Both the position numbers and the translations under genes were made by a program. The notes beneath the pieces are model-generated. The model had not been told where the DNA came from and did not search any database. It saw only the letters and a list, made by a program, of their open reading frames with translations. Positions 1 to 8,944 of a DNA stretch of 64,000 nucleotides are shown piece by piece. Where the stretch lies: assembly GCA_038131935.1 (NCBI GenBank), contig JAYPQH010000010.1, positions 21,342 through 85,341 of the forward strand. Direction: 5' to 3'. Origin of the DNA: Alphaproteobacteria bacterium (GTDB taxonomy: Bacteria > Pseudomonadota > Alphaproteobacteria > UBA8317). Position 1 is the stretch's first letter, and each line of letters begins with the position of its first letter.

Positions 1-753
1 CATTGGCGCAGCTAATGACTCGTTGCGCAAATGCTGTCTCTAATTGCAATTTTTTGTACCAGAGCGATGGTGCTGTCTCCACAACCTGATTGATGATTGG
101 TTGAAGACTGTCACAGGCTTCATTGACGCGTTTTAAAAATTTTTTAACCCCGATATCCTGAAATGTAGAAGGGCATACCCGTTGCGTTATGTCCGACACA
201 ATCAAAGGAAAAAGTGTCAGGATATGCAATTGTTGAGGATCTAGTATGCTCAGGGCATATTTCACTGAACTTGATGGCCAAAAAGGATAAGATTGCAGAA
301 ATGCGAGTGTTCCAAGATGTTGTTCAGGGGTGTCGGAGCGGGATGAATATATTGGGGCCTTTCTGGTTTGGGAATGTCACTACGCACAAATCCCAGCGCG
401 GTGTCTATGGCTTTAACACTCCGGAAAACGCCATCTTTGTCACGTGCGAATGCTTCTAGAAAAACCCGCCATCCAAGTGGAGCAGGTTGCATTTTTATGC
501 GTAGTTTTTGATATCTACTGGTGATGTTCTCTCCAATAAACACATCCCGACTTTGTTGGACCATATCAACGCTGAAAGGTGCAAAGCCGTTTATGTAAAA
601 GTCAACTTTTCCCGGTAAGGCTTTTGGGATTTGCAAGGATGAGCCTTCCATGACATCAATGCCATGATAGGTTTGGCCCGTGGCAGAAGATAGAAAGCCT
701 ACCACGAACCAAAATGAAGCGAGCCAACAGATTTTAATGGTCTGTAATCTCAC
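1..753 (-). CDS. Hypothetical exported protein, runs off the left edge, probable indel near 299-301
   Basis: GTG at 753 starts VRLQTIKICWLASFWFVVGFLSSATGQ (signal-peptide-like). After a frame change near 300 the reading FLQSYPFWPSSSVKYALS...FAQRVISCAN stays open to base 1. Confidence 0.55.
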
Positions 754-1269
754 GTAAATTTTCTGCAAAATTTTTCCCGCGCTCTTGATAGTTTGTTGCT
801 GATTTTGGATTCGTGCAACATCTTCATCAGTGAGGGTTCTCACGGCCCTTGCTGGGCTGCCAACAATCAAGGATCTCGGTGGAAAACTCTTTCCTTCTGT
901 GACAAGGGCACCTGCTCCTACCAGAGATTCCTTCCCAATGACGGCCCTGTTGAGTACTGTCGCACCCATGCCAATAAGGCTACCATCTTCAATGATGCAG
1001 CCATGCAAGATTACACCATGTCCAACAGTAACATTTTGTCCAATGATCAATGGGCATCCGGGGTCTGTATGAAAAATACAGTTTTCTTGAACATTTGACC
1101 CATCGCCAATGGTGATGGGCTCATTGTCGCCGCGAATTTGGCTGCCAAACCAAACATTCACATCGAGCCCAAGGGATACGCGCCCAATGATGTGGGTGCC
1201 AGGTGCAATATAAATTCGTGTTTTGTCGGCGATAGACGGACGATGTCCGTTCAATTCATATAGTGGCAT
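734..1269 (-). CDS. Gamma carbonic anhydrase-like hexapeptide-repeat protein (YrdA/PaaY family)
   Basis: Motifs IRGDNEPITIG, NVQENCIFH, VTVGHGVILHGC. Adding one base to the T4 run at 803-806 restores a typical C-terminal helix (QKSATNYQERGKNFAENL) ending at TAA 736-734, so the 335-aa ORF is an artefactual fusion. Confidence 0.9.
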
Positions 1270-1273
1270 GTAA

Positions 1274-2068
1274 TTATTTCCTCCCTAACCATCTGAAACA
1301 TCTATTTAACTCACGGATCCCATGTGTGGATGTGCAGAAAACTTCTTCTCCCAAGTCATAAGATGCAGCAAGGCATTGTGATAGATTATCTAATGCAAGT
1401 TGGTTGCACAACTGAATATCTTGGGCTTGAGACCAACGATGTCGCGTGCCCTCGGAAAATGCTTCCTCACCAAGATGATACATGGTCGCAAGTAGTATGA
1501 TCCGTTCCGCTGCAGAGGGTTTGTTGGGAGATCCTTTTCTAAAAAACAATTCTTTGTTCGTGTCCGCGGCTTGTTTGGTTAAAAGGCGTTTTCTAGGTCT
1601 TGGTATGTTTTGCGCAAAGGTGGGGAATGATATCTTATGTCCCCGCAAATATTCATCAAGATATTGAGCAAGGGCATCGGAATAATCTGTTTCGATTAGG
1701 TTTTGTTTGACTGTTTTTAACAGAGCGTCTTGAGCGCCTGGCAACCTCATAACCGAACTTTGATCCCTCTCAAGAGACCAAACTAGATAGCTCGAAAAAT
1801 TATAATTTTGGATATACGCATGAAATGAAGGTTCTTGCGCTGCGATTTTTGCTGACCTTATCATAAAGTCTTGAGCCAAAATATCAGGGGCGAGAGAAAG
1901 AAGCTTTTTATTGAAGCCACGGACGGCTGAACTTGTGAGACCTATGTCGTTGGTTTGGGCTATCAATGTACGAAGGCGTTCATATTGATTGCTCTGTGGT
2001 TGGTTTTGGGCTTGCAATAGGGTTGGTAATGAAATCGTAAAAAAGACAAGTATGATGCGAATAAGCAT
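1274..2068 (-). CDS. Hypothetical exported protein with C-terminal four-Cys motif
   Basis: 264-aa ORF with an N-terminal signal peptide and C-x10-C-x12-C-x11-C near the C-terminus. Confidence 0.7.
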   Translation of the reverse strand: MLIRIILVFFTISLPTLLQAQNQPQSNQYERLRTLIAQTNDIGLTSSAVRGFNKKLLSLAPDILAQDFMIRSAKIAAQEPSFHAYIQNYNFSSYLVWSLERDQSSVMRLPGAQDALLKTVKQNLIETDYSDALAQYLDEYLRGHKISFPTFAQNIPRPRKRLLTKQAADTNKELFFRKGSPNKPSAAERIILLATMYHLGEEAFSEGTRHRWSQAQDIQLCNQLALDNLSQCLAASYDLGEEVFCTSTHGIRELNRCFRWLGRK

Positions 2069-2194
2069 GAATGTAACCTTAAAAATATAATGGTATGAAA
2101 TTCTACTTTAAGCGGAAACTCTTGTTGAATGGCTTGCCTGTCAACAGGAAAATGGTCCACCAGTCGAGAAAGAATTTACCCGAGGATTCAATAT

Positions 2195-2902
2195 ATGCGA
2201 GATACAAAAGATCATTTGATTGTAGCTTTAGATGTTCCCTCTTTGGACGAATTACGTCAGCTTTGTCGTTTGTTGCAGGGTGAAGTCGGTATGGTAAAAA
2301 TTGGTTTGGGACATTTGGGCTATGGTCTTCACGAGGCTGTAGATATTGCTCATCAATATGGTCACAAAATATTTCTTGATTTGAAGTTGTTTGATATTGG
2401 GGCAACAGTAAGTCGTTCGGTGGAGGGACTATGTCAATTACCTATTGATATGCTCACTGTACATGGAGATCCTCATGTCGTGCGTGCGGCTTTTGAAGGA
2501 AGGGCGCGTGGCCAAGGAAAGTTTTCGATATTGGCTGTGACTATTTTAACATCATTGGATGCTGTGGATATCGACGCTTGCCAATTTGCGCCAATGCCTG
2601 TCGAGCTACTGGTTGAAAAGCGTGCTCAGTTGGCTGTTCAAGCAGGTGCGGATGGTGTCATTGCTAGTCCTGCAGAGGCCAAACGGTTAAGGGAGCTTCT
2701 TGGCCCATCTTTTTATATTGTAACACCAGGTGTACGTCCCCACGGGGCGGATCAAAATGATCAAAAAAGAGTTGCAACGCCGCGCGATGCTATTCAGGCG
2801 GGAGCAAGTCATATTGTTGTGGGTCGACCAATTATTCATGCAAATGATCCGTTGGAGGCTACACGTAACCTGCTGTTGCCATTGGCTGGCATGACGGCTT
2901 AA
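2195..2902 (+). CDS. pyrF: Orotidine-5'-phosphate decarboxylase
   Basis: LIVALD, FLDLKLFDIGATV (DxKxxD), VTPGVRP, HIVVGRPI. ATG 2195 follows GAGG. Confidence 0.97.
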   Translation: MRDTKDHLIVALDVPSLDELRQLCRLLQGEVGMVKIGLGHLGYGLHEAVDIAHQYGHKIFLDLKLFDIGATVSRSVEGLCQLPIDMLTVHGDPHVVRAAFEGRARGQGKFSILAVTILTSLDAVDIDACQFAPMPVELLVEKRAQLAVQAGADGVIASPAEAKRLRELLGPSFYIVTPGVRPHGADQNDQKRVATPRDAIQAGASHIVVGRPIIHANDPLEATRNLLLPLAGMTA

Positions 2903-2949
2903 ACAGCGGTACAGAGCTGGAAAAGAGCGATCGTTTTTCAATAAAATTA

Positions 2950-3486
2950 ATGGAGCATAAAATGGATATGTCAAAAATACCGGTTGGTGACAAAGCCCCA
3001 GATGAAGTGAATGTTATTGTGGAAATCCCCAAAGGTGGACAGCCTGTGAAATATGAAATTGATAAGGATTCTGGTGCTGTTATGGTTGATCGTTTCATGA
3101 CCGCCGCCATGTTTTACCCTGCTGATTATGGTTTTGTACCCAATACGTTGGCTGCAGATGGGGATCCGCTCGATTTTCTTGTTGTCACAAGGGCAGATGT
3201 TGTTCCAGGTTGTGTTATACGTTGTCGCCCTGTGGGGGTTCTTCACATGGAAGATGAAAGCGGTGGGGATGAGAAAATTATTGGTGTGCCGGTAACCAAG
3301 CTCGATCCATACTTTTCAGAAATTCAGACTTATGAAGACTTCCCAGAAATTTTTCGCGATCAAATCAAACATTTCTTCGAGCGTTATAAGGACCTAGAGA
3401 AAGGAAAATGGGTGAAGCTTGGCGGCTGGGGTGGACCTGATGAAGCAAAGCGTATCATTCAAGAGTCTATCGAAAATTTTTCATAA
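2950..3486 (+). CDS. ppa: Family I inorganic pyrophosphatase
   Basis: VKYEIDK, YGFVPNTLAADGDPLD, FFERYKDLEKGKWV. Start may be 2962. Confidence 0.97.
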   Translation: MEHKMDMSKIPVGDKAPDEVNVIVEIPKGGQPVKYEIDKDSGAVMVDRFMTAAMFYPADYGFVPNTLAADGDPLDFLVVTRADVVPGCVIRCRPVGVLHMEDESGGDEKIIGVPVTKLDPYFSEIQTYEDFPEIFRDQIKHFFERYKDLEKGKWVKLGGWGGPDEAKRIIQESIENFS

Positions 3487-3612
3487 GTTTTTATAAAAAT
3501 CCATCAGTGTTTTTGGCATATTCTGCAGGGCAAAAAGCGATCTCTCGATTAGGGCTGCTGGTATCATATAATGATGTAGCAAATGTAGTGAGAAGCCTCA
3601 CAACCTTGTCTT

Positions 3613-4680
3613 TTAAGACAAGGTTGTGAGTGATCGAAACTGCTTGGCAAGTTTGAGGGTTTGACCTTGGTAATTTGAGTGCAAGGACGAGCCATATAGT
3701 TGATCTGGTAGAGATTTGAGTGTTTCAAATACCAAGGAACCTATCACTTGTTCAGCTTCAATAAGAAAAGGCACTTCGTGGGTTCGTACTTCTAAAACGC
3801 CCCTTGATCCCGTTTGATTGTTTTCAACAACTCCGAAGCCTGGATCAAAGAAGCCAGCATAATGGACGCGCAGTTCCCCAACATTTGTGTCATACGCCAC
3901 CATTTCCGCAGCCTGATCGGGAGGGATAGACATCTCTTCTGCCGTTGCTAGAATATAAAATTCATCCGGATCTAGAATAAGGCCTAAATTTTTGCGCGCA
4001 AAAACAGGTTCCCAGAAATCTAACACATCATAATGATTAGGCTTATCAAAATCGATGAGGCCGGCATGTTTTCGTGCTTTGAAACCTAAGATTGGGGGTA
4101 GTGACGTGCCTAATCCAAGGGTCGCGGCATCAAAGCCTGCAACGTCAACAGAGAAATTCATAGGGACCTGGGCGGCTGTAACAATTTGGTCAACATCATG
4201 ATCAGTAAGCCTTAATTGCACCAGTCTTGTTCCTACATGTACCCTTATAGAAAATGTTCTGGGTGCTAGTTCAACATATAATTTCCCACAATAACCTGCT
4301 GGGATTTGGTCAAAAGCGACCCCTTCGTCGGTGATGACGCGTGCAAACAAATCCAGTCTTCCTGTAGAACTTTTTGGGTTTGTACGGCCTGAAATATGGC
4401 GTGGTAAATTCAATGTTTCCTCAAGTTCAAGGATATATACACATCCCCTTTCCAAAACAGCACCCTCATCAAGATCAAACTCATGCATGGCAAGTTTTAC
4501 CAAGCGCTCCTCAACGGAATGTCCATGACCTGGTAAGAAAGACGCTGGGACGCGATAGGCGCGCCGTGCTAACCTTAGGTCTACAGAGGCTGGTTGATAT
4601 TGATCTGTTTCAATCGCTTGTGAGGATGACAAAAAGCCACCATCTCTCAAGTCTTGCATAGGCAAAATGGCTTTTGGCAA
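3613..4680 (-). CDS. dcd: dCTP deaminase, long alphaproteobacterial form
   Basis: QPASVDLRL, NPKSSTGRLD, VHYAGFFDPGFG, SNYQGQTLKLAKQF. Confidence 0.92.
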   Translation of the reverse strand: MPKAILPMQDLRDGGFLSSSQAIETDQYQPASVDLRLARRAYRVPASFLPGHGHSVEERLVKLAMHEFDLDEGAVLERGCVYILELEETLNLPRHISGRTNPKSSTGRLDLFARVITDEGVAFDQIPAGYCGKLYVELAPRTFSIRVHVGTRLVQLRLTDHDVDQIVTAAQVPMNFSVDVAGFDAATLGLGTSLPPILGFKARKHAGLIDFDKPNHYDVLDFWEPVFARKNLGLILDPDEFYILATAEEMSIPPDQAAEMVAYDTNVGELRVHYAGFFDPGFGVVENNQTGSRGVLEVRTHEVPFLIEAEQVIGSLVFETLKSLPDQLYGSSLHSNYQGQTLKLAKQFRSLTTLS

Positions 4681-4775
4681 ATGCTATTCCTTTCAAGGAT
4701 TTTCGTCATCGTTTCGCCATGAATACGATAGGGAGGCCCTTTGGCACAATATGCCCGCTGAGATAGTTTTGGATA

Positions 4776-5429
4776 CTAAGGTCGTTTCAAAAATATTGGC
4801 ACGAGCAAAAGTCCAATGAGGAATCCAGCGATATGTGCGTCCCAAGCAACATTTTCAAAACCAGGTGGTATAATAACAGCGAGGACAACATGTAACAAAA
4901 GGAATCCAATAGAAAACCTTGTCACTTTGGTGTCGAGTAAGGGCAGAGGCGATATTCTACCGGGCGTTGGGAGGCGAACAAAGGCCCCAAATAAAGCTGA
5001 GACTGCAGCAGAAAGTCCAACAAGGTTTGGGCTTGTATACATGTTGTTAAATGCAAATGCCGCAGCTCCTGCACCACTGCCAAGCCACATGAGGATGGTC
5101 AAACGGAACCAACCTAGCTGTTCTAAAACGGGGGTTCCGACTGCAGCCAGCCACACGCTATTTAGCGTTATGTGGATGAAACTTGCGTGCATGTAACCAT
5201 ACCCAACAAGAGCTGTTAGGTACCAAGGGGCAAGCTCTTGTTTCAGCACAGCAATGAAAATATCGGTGTTAAAAATAAGAAATGGCAACAGGGGTGGGCG
5301 TAACCAATCTAATTGGAATGCAACAAACAAACACCATGCCAAACCAAGATGCGCTAGTAACGGGCGCGGCAGATTAATAGCTCGCTCTTTTGACACAACC
5401 TGTAACCTTTGCAATTTTATTGCGTTCAA
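4776..5429 (-). CDS. Rhomboid family intramembrane serine protease
   Basis: HASFIHITLN, GLSAA (catalytic Ser), AWDAHIAGF (catalytic His). True start may be the GTG near 5396. Confidence 0.9.
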   Translation of the reverse strand: MNAIKLQRLQVVSKERAINLPRPLLAHLGLAWCLFVAFQLDWLRPPLLPFLIFNTDIFIAVLKQELAPWYLTALVGYGYMHASFIHITLNSVWLAAVGTPVLEQLGWFRLTILMWLGSGAGAAAFAFNNMYTSPNLVGLSAAVSALFGAFVRLPTPGRISPLPLLDTKVTRFSIGFLLLHVVLAVIIPPGFENVAWDAHIAGFLIGLLLVPIFLKRP

Positions 5430-5584
5430 ACCTAACGCTGCCGTTACATCTTGGTTACCTCATTGTCAAAATAATGAATTCCAGCGCGTATATCTGAGGT
5501 GTCTATAGAGGTGTTCATGGTGTCGACAATGTTACATCAAATCTTCAAAGGGCGCGACAATTATCCCCGTATTAGGTGGTAACT

Positions 5585-5602
5585 TTGATTGCTAACAATC
5601 AA
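5585..5602. promoter_or_regulatory. Inverted repeat TTGATTG-N4-CAATCAA, candidate operator
   Basis: Perfect 7-bp arms, 35 bp upstream of the ccoS-like start in a divergent intergenic region. Confidence 0.45.
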
Positions 5603-5637
5603 TATTTCTTGCTTGCGAACAGAAATGGAGATTGAGC

Positions 5638-5802
5638 GTGGTTACAGGGCAGCTGATCATACCGTTATTGATCCTGCTTGGGGGTTTGGGTTTGGCCGCT
5701 TTTATTTGGGTTCAACGGTCTAGCAAGTATGAGCAAAGTGATGATCATGCAAAAAAAACACTCTTCGGTGAAAACAACCCAGAAAAATCAGATTTTGAGT
5801 GA
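5638..5802 (+). CDS. ccoS: CcoS/FixS-like cbb3 oxidase maturation protein (54 aa, below the ORF-track cutoff)
   Basis: GGAG at 5627-5630, then GTG. Translation MVTGQLIIPLLILLGGLGLAAFIWVQRSSKYEQSDDHAKKTLFGE fits the FixS pattern (LIP..LG..GL.AF.W..RSGQY.D.......LF). Confidence 0.7.
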   Translation: MVTGQLIIPLLILLGGLGLAAFIWVQRSSKYEQSDDHAKKTLFGENNPEKSDFE

Positions 5803-5873
5803 AATTTGATTGCGCTTTGCGCCACAATAAGGTTCACATATCATCATCGTGAACGATTGAGGGGGAGACCACA

Positions 5874-6326
5874 ATGGCAAATCCTACAATGCTCGCAATG
5901 ATAGCGGGTATGATTTTGTCTTTTGCGGGAGCAAGTGAAGCGCCAGCTGCGAGTCATGAACAGAAAGCGGGTGGGTTGGTGCTTGAATTGAACAAGCTAG
6001 ACTCAGAAGCCACAGATAATAATGCATGTCGTGTCTATATGAGGGTTACAGAGGGATATGGCGAAAATGTAGAGCAACTCGACGTATACTTGGTCTTGTT
6101 TGATACGCAGGACGTTGTATTGCGGCAATATGTTGTCCCACTTGCCCCTCTAAGTGCCCAAAAAACAAGGGTAAGATTGTTTGACCTTCCCGAGACAAAA
6201 TGCGGTGATATTGGGTCAGTGTTATTCAATGGTATTGTGGCGTGTGAGCCTTCAACAGCAGCAGCTTGTATGAGCAGAAAAATACAACTGCGTTCTAAAG
6301 TTGATAACGTCAAATTATTCGAATGA
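5874..6326 (+). CDS. Conserved alphaproteobacterial exported protein, function unknown
   Basis: Signal peptide; motifs LELNK, CR, LVLFD, KTRVRLFDL...C; four Cys; strong RBS (GGGGAG). Confidence 0.75.
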   Translation: MANPTMLAMIAGMILSFAGASEAPAASHEQKAGGLVLELNKLDSEATDNNACRVYMRVTEGYGENVEQLDVYLVLFDTQDVVLRQYVVPLAPLSAQKTRVRLFDLPETKCGDIGSVLFNGIVACEPSTAAACMSRKIQLRSKVDNVKLFE

Positions 6327-6331
6327 TGCAA

Positions 6332-6348
6332 TTGACAATCGTTATCAA
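6332..6348 (+). promoter_or_regulatory. Fur-box-like operator overlapping a TTGACA -35 element
   Basis: TTGACAAT-C-GTTATCAA matches the 7-1-7 Fur consensus TGATAAT-N-ATTATCA with two mismatches, 50 bp upstream of the Fe(III) binding protein. Confidence 0.65.
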
Positions 6349-6397
6349 CAAAGAGTAAGTCCAATTCCTGTGTTCTTTAGCGTGGGAATTGTACATA

Positions 6398-7399
6398 ATG
6401 AAAATAGCTTCTCTAGCTTCGATTATATTTTTATGCTTGCAAACAAGTGGCTTTGCGGGTTCGCTTAATGTGTATTCATATCGTCAGCCTGAGTTGCTTG
6501 CGCCGATCGTAAAGGCGTTTGAACGTGAATTTGGCCATCGTGTTAATCTTCTCTTCGCAAAAAAGGGCCTCGTGGAGCGTGCAATTCTTGAAGGCGAAAA
6601 TACTGCTGCGGATGTTATTTTAACAACATCTGTTGCAGAGCTTGAGCGTGCTAAGGCTGCGGGAATACTCATGTCTGCGGGTGAAAATGTGCAAGATATT
6701 GTTGCTGGTGTTGGCGATCCAGATGGTGTTTGGGTGCCATTATCTCTGCGTCCAAGAATCTTTTATGTCAGCAAACGTCTGACCGCGCGTGGATCGATGG
6801 TTTTTGATGACCTGCTCAAACCAGAATTTGTTGGTAGATTTTGTACCAGGCCATTAAAGCATGCCTACAATTTAAGTTGGCTGGCTGGAATGATTGATCG
6901 CCGCGGGCGCGTAGAGGTTGAAAACTTCTTGCAACAGTTGAAAAATCAGTTGGCAAGGACTCCGCAAGGAAATGATCGTGCTCAAGTTCAGGCTATTTAT
7001 GAAAATATTTGCGATATCTCAATTGGAAATGCCTATTATTATGGAGCTATGTTGAACAGCAAAAAGCAAAAGCCATGGGCGGAGGCCGTATCCTTGGTAT
7101 TTGCTAAAGATATGAACGGCGGTGTCCATGTTGATATTTCTGGGATTGGTGTTTTGAAGGCGTCTAGCAAAAAAAATATTGCGCAAGAGTTCATACAATT
7201 TTTACTATCTGCTCAAGCGCAAAAAATTTATGCACAGACAAATCATGAATTCCCCGTTGTTGATGGTGTGGATAATCCTGCTATATTTGACGGTATTCCA
7301 GCATGGACAGCTTCTGAGTCAAGCTTGGAAAACATAGCGAATTTGGTGCCAGATGCAGCGCGGCTAGTGGATGAGGTTGGTTTCGACATTGGGCGCTGA
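6398..7399 (+). CDS. futA: Fe(III) ABC transporter substrate-binding protein (FutA/FbpA type)
   Basis: LNVYSYRQPEL, PQGNDRAQV, IGNAYYYG (Tyr ligands), YAQTNHEFPV. Confidence 0.9.
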   Translation: MKIASLASIIFLCLQTSGFAGSLNVYSYRQPELLAPIVKAFEREFGHRVNLLFAKKGLVERAILEGENTAADVILTTSVAELERAKAAGILMSAGENVQDIVAGVGDPDGVWVPLSLRPRIFYVSKRLTARGSMVFDDLLKPEFVGRFCTRPLKHAYNLSWLAGMIDRRGRVEVENFLQQLKNQLARTPQGNDRAQVQAIYENICDISIGNAYYYGAMLNSKKQKPWAEAVSLVFAKDMNGGVHVDISGIGVLKASSKKNIAQEFIQFLLSAQAQKIYAQTNHEFPVVDGVDNPAIFDGIPAWTASESSLENIANLVPDAARLVDEVGFDIGR

Positions 7400-7421
7400 A
7401 GCAGTAATAAAGGGTTGAGGT

Positions 7422-7844
7422 ATGGATCTTGTCAAAAAATTAGAAGAGATATGCCTTAAGAGTGATTTGCGAATGACCAATCAAAGACGGGTCATTGCTG
7501 AAGTGTTGATGGATTCGGATGATCACCCTTCCATTGAGGTCATTTTAGATAGGGCCAAAATGCGTGACAGCCGTGTCTCTCTGCCAACTGTTTATCGCAC
7601 CGTAAAGCTACTCGAGGATGCTGATATGCTAGAAAAGCATCTGCTCAAAGATGGTAGAACATTGTATGAGGACAAAGTTGGTGAACATCACGATCACCTC
7701 ATTGATGTTACAACGGGAGATGTTGTTGAGTTCGTATCAGAGGAAATTGAAGCTTTGCAAGAAGCTATTGCCGACAAGCTTGGTTACAAGCTTGTTGACC
7801 ATAGATTGGAGCTATATGCCATTCCCAAAAAAAATCCAAAATAG
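7422..7844 (+). CDS. fur: Fur family transcriptional regulator
   Basis: LRMTNQRRVIA, DHP, TVYRTVKL, HHDHLID, LVDHRLELY. Confidence 0.93.
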   Translation: MDLVKKLEEICLKSDLRMTNQRRVIAEVLMDSDDHPSIEVILDRAKMRDSRVSLPTVYRTVKLLEDADMLEKHLLKDGRTLYEDKVGEHHDHLIDVTTGDVVEFVSEEIEALQEAIADKLGYKLVDHRLELYAIPKKNPK

Positions 7845-7909
7845 TTACAGTTTACTGGGCAATATTCTCGTGTGAAAGGACATATAACTTCAGGTTGAAT
7901 ACAAATATG

Positions 7910-8500
7910 TCATTCTGCTGAGAGTTTTTCAAAGACGAAATCAAGACGATCTTGTCCCCAAAATAATTCACCATCAATCAAAAAAGTCGGCATGCCAAAG
8001 ACGCCTTGGCTAACAGCGTCATGACCATATTCCTCGATAATGCTTGCAAACTGAGTTTGTTCTTCTTCATCGGGTAAGGTGAAATTGGGTTCGCATGTCG
8101 ACATGATTTCCGACATGGTTTGTGGGTCAGCAATGTTTGCTTCGTGACACCATAACGCCTGTCCTATCTTGTGGGCGGCTTCAAGTTTTTTGGCAGCGGT
8201 TGGCATGCGAAGTATGCAACTATGTGCAAGTATATCCGAACTTGGAAAGAATGCAGGCTCAATATTTAAGTTCAATTTAAGTCTTTGATCCCAGCGCTTA
8301 AGCTCTGAAAGGCGGTATTTCTGCCGTGCAGGATGACGTTGGGGCACGGGCACTCCGCCAGTTTGTGAGAAAACTTGTGCTGCGTTCACAGGTCTTAATT
8401 CTAAGGTGAAGGAAAAATTCTCTAGAACGGATAGAAGCCTATGATGACCCATGAAGCTCCAAGGTGAATTAATGTTAAAATATTCAATGACTGTTTTCAT
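7910..8500 (-). CDS. 2-hydroxychromene-2-carboxylate isomerase / kappa-GST-like DsbA family protein
   Basis: YFNINSPWSF, GVFGMPTF, GELFWGQDRLDF. Confidence 0.9.
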   Translation of the reverse strand: MKTVIEYFNINSPWSFMGHHRLLSVLENFSFTLELRPVNAAQVFSQTGGVPVPQRHPARQKYRLSELKRWDQRLKLNLNIEPAFFPSSDILAHSCILRMPTAAKKLEAAHKIGQALWCHEANIADPQTMSEIMSTCEPNFTLPDEEEQTQFASIIEEYGHDAVSQGVFGMPTFLIDGELFWGQDRLDFVFEKLSAE

Positions 8501-8533
8501 GTTTCTCTCGGATTGGATGATGGCGTTTTGATA

Positions 8534-8944
8534 TTATGGTTGAGAAGGAAGCAAACCAGCAGATTTTAGCATCTGTTGGATATGTGGATAGAAGAAGTCA
8601 GCACCAGGGTAACCCAAAAGGCGCGAGGCCTCTTTGTCATCTACCATAAGCACGAATGTTGGTGTGTAGTGAAGCGGTTTTTGTGGATCGATTCCAGTCG
8701 GCATGGTATCCGTCATATGAATTATTTTAATAGGTGCGATCTTGCCTTCGATCGTCATGCCATAACCAGGGCCAATTTCCTCTCTCCATAACTCACAATA
8801 GGGACAACTTTTGTCTTCAATCATCAAAAGGTAACTTTTTGGGGATTGTTCTTCGGCCCAAATTGGATATGAAATACTTAGTATAAAAAATACAGTGAAG
8901 AGGTGTAAAAAATATGGGTTTTGAAATCGGATTTGGAGGGGCAT
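8534..8944 (-). CDS. soxS: Periplasmic thioredoxin-like protein SoxS
   Basis: CPYC..W...IGP.Y..T.EGK.AP, YTPTFVL, GYPGADFF. Divergent from soxV. Nearest in-frame ATG is at 8944. Confidence 0.85.
   Translation of the reverse strand: MPLQIRFQNPYFLHLFTVFFILSISYPIWAEEQSPKSYLLMIEDKSCPYCELWREEIGPGYGMTIEGKIAPIKIIHMTDTMPTGIDPQKPLHYTPTFVLMVDDKEASRLLGYPGADFFYPHIQQMLKSAGLLPSQP

Noticed and set aside
262-1269. Novel gamma-CA fusion protein of 335 aa
   Set aside because: One added base in the T4 run at 803-806 restores a normal C-terminus and separates two genes.
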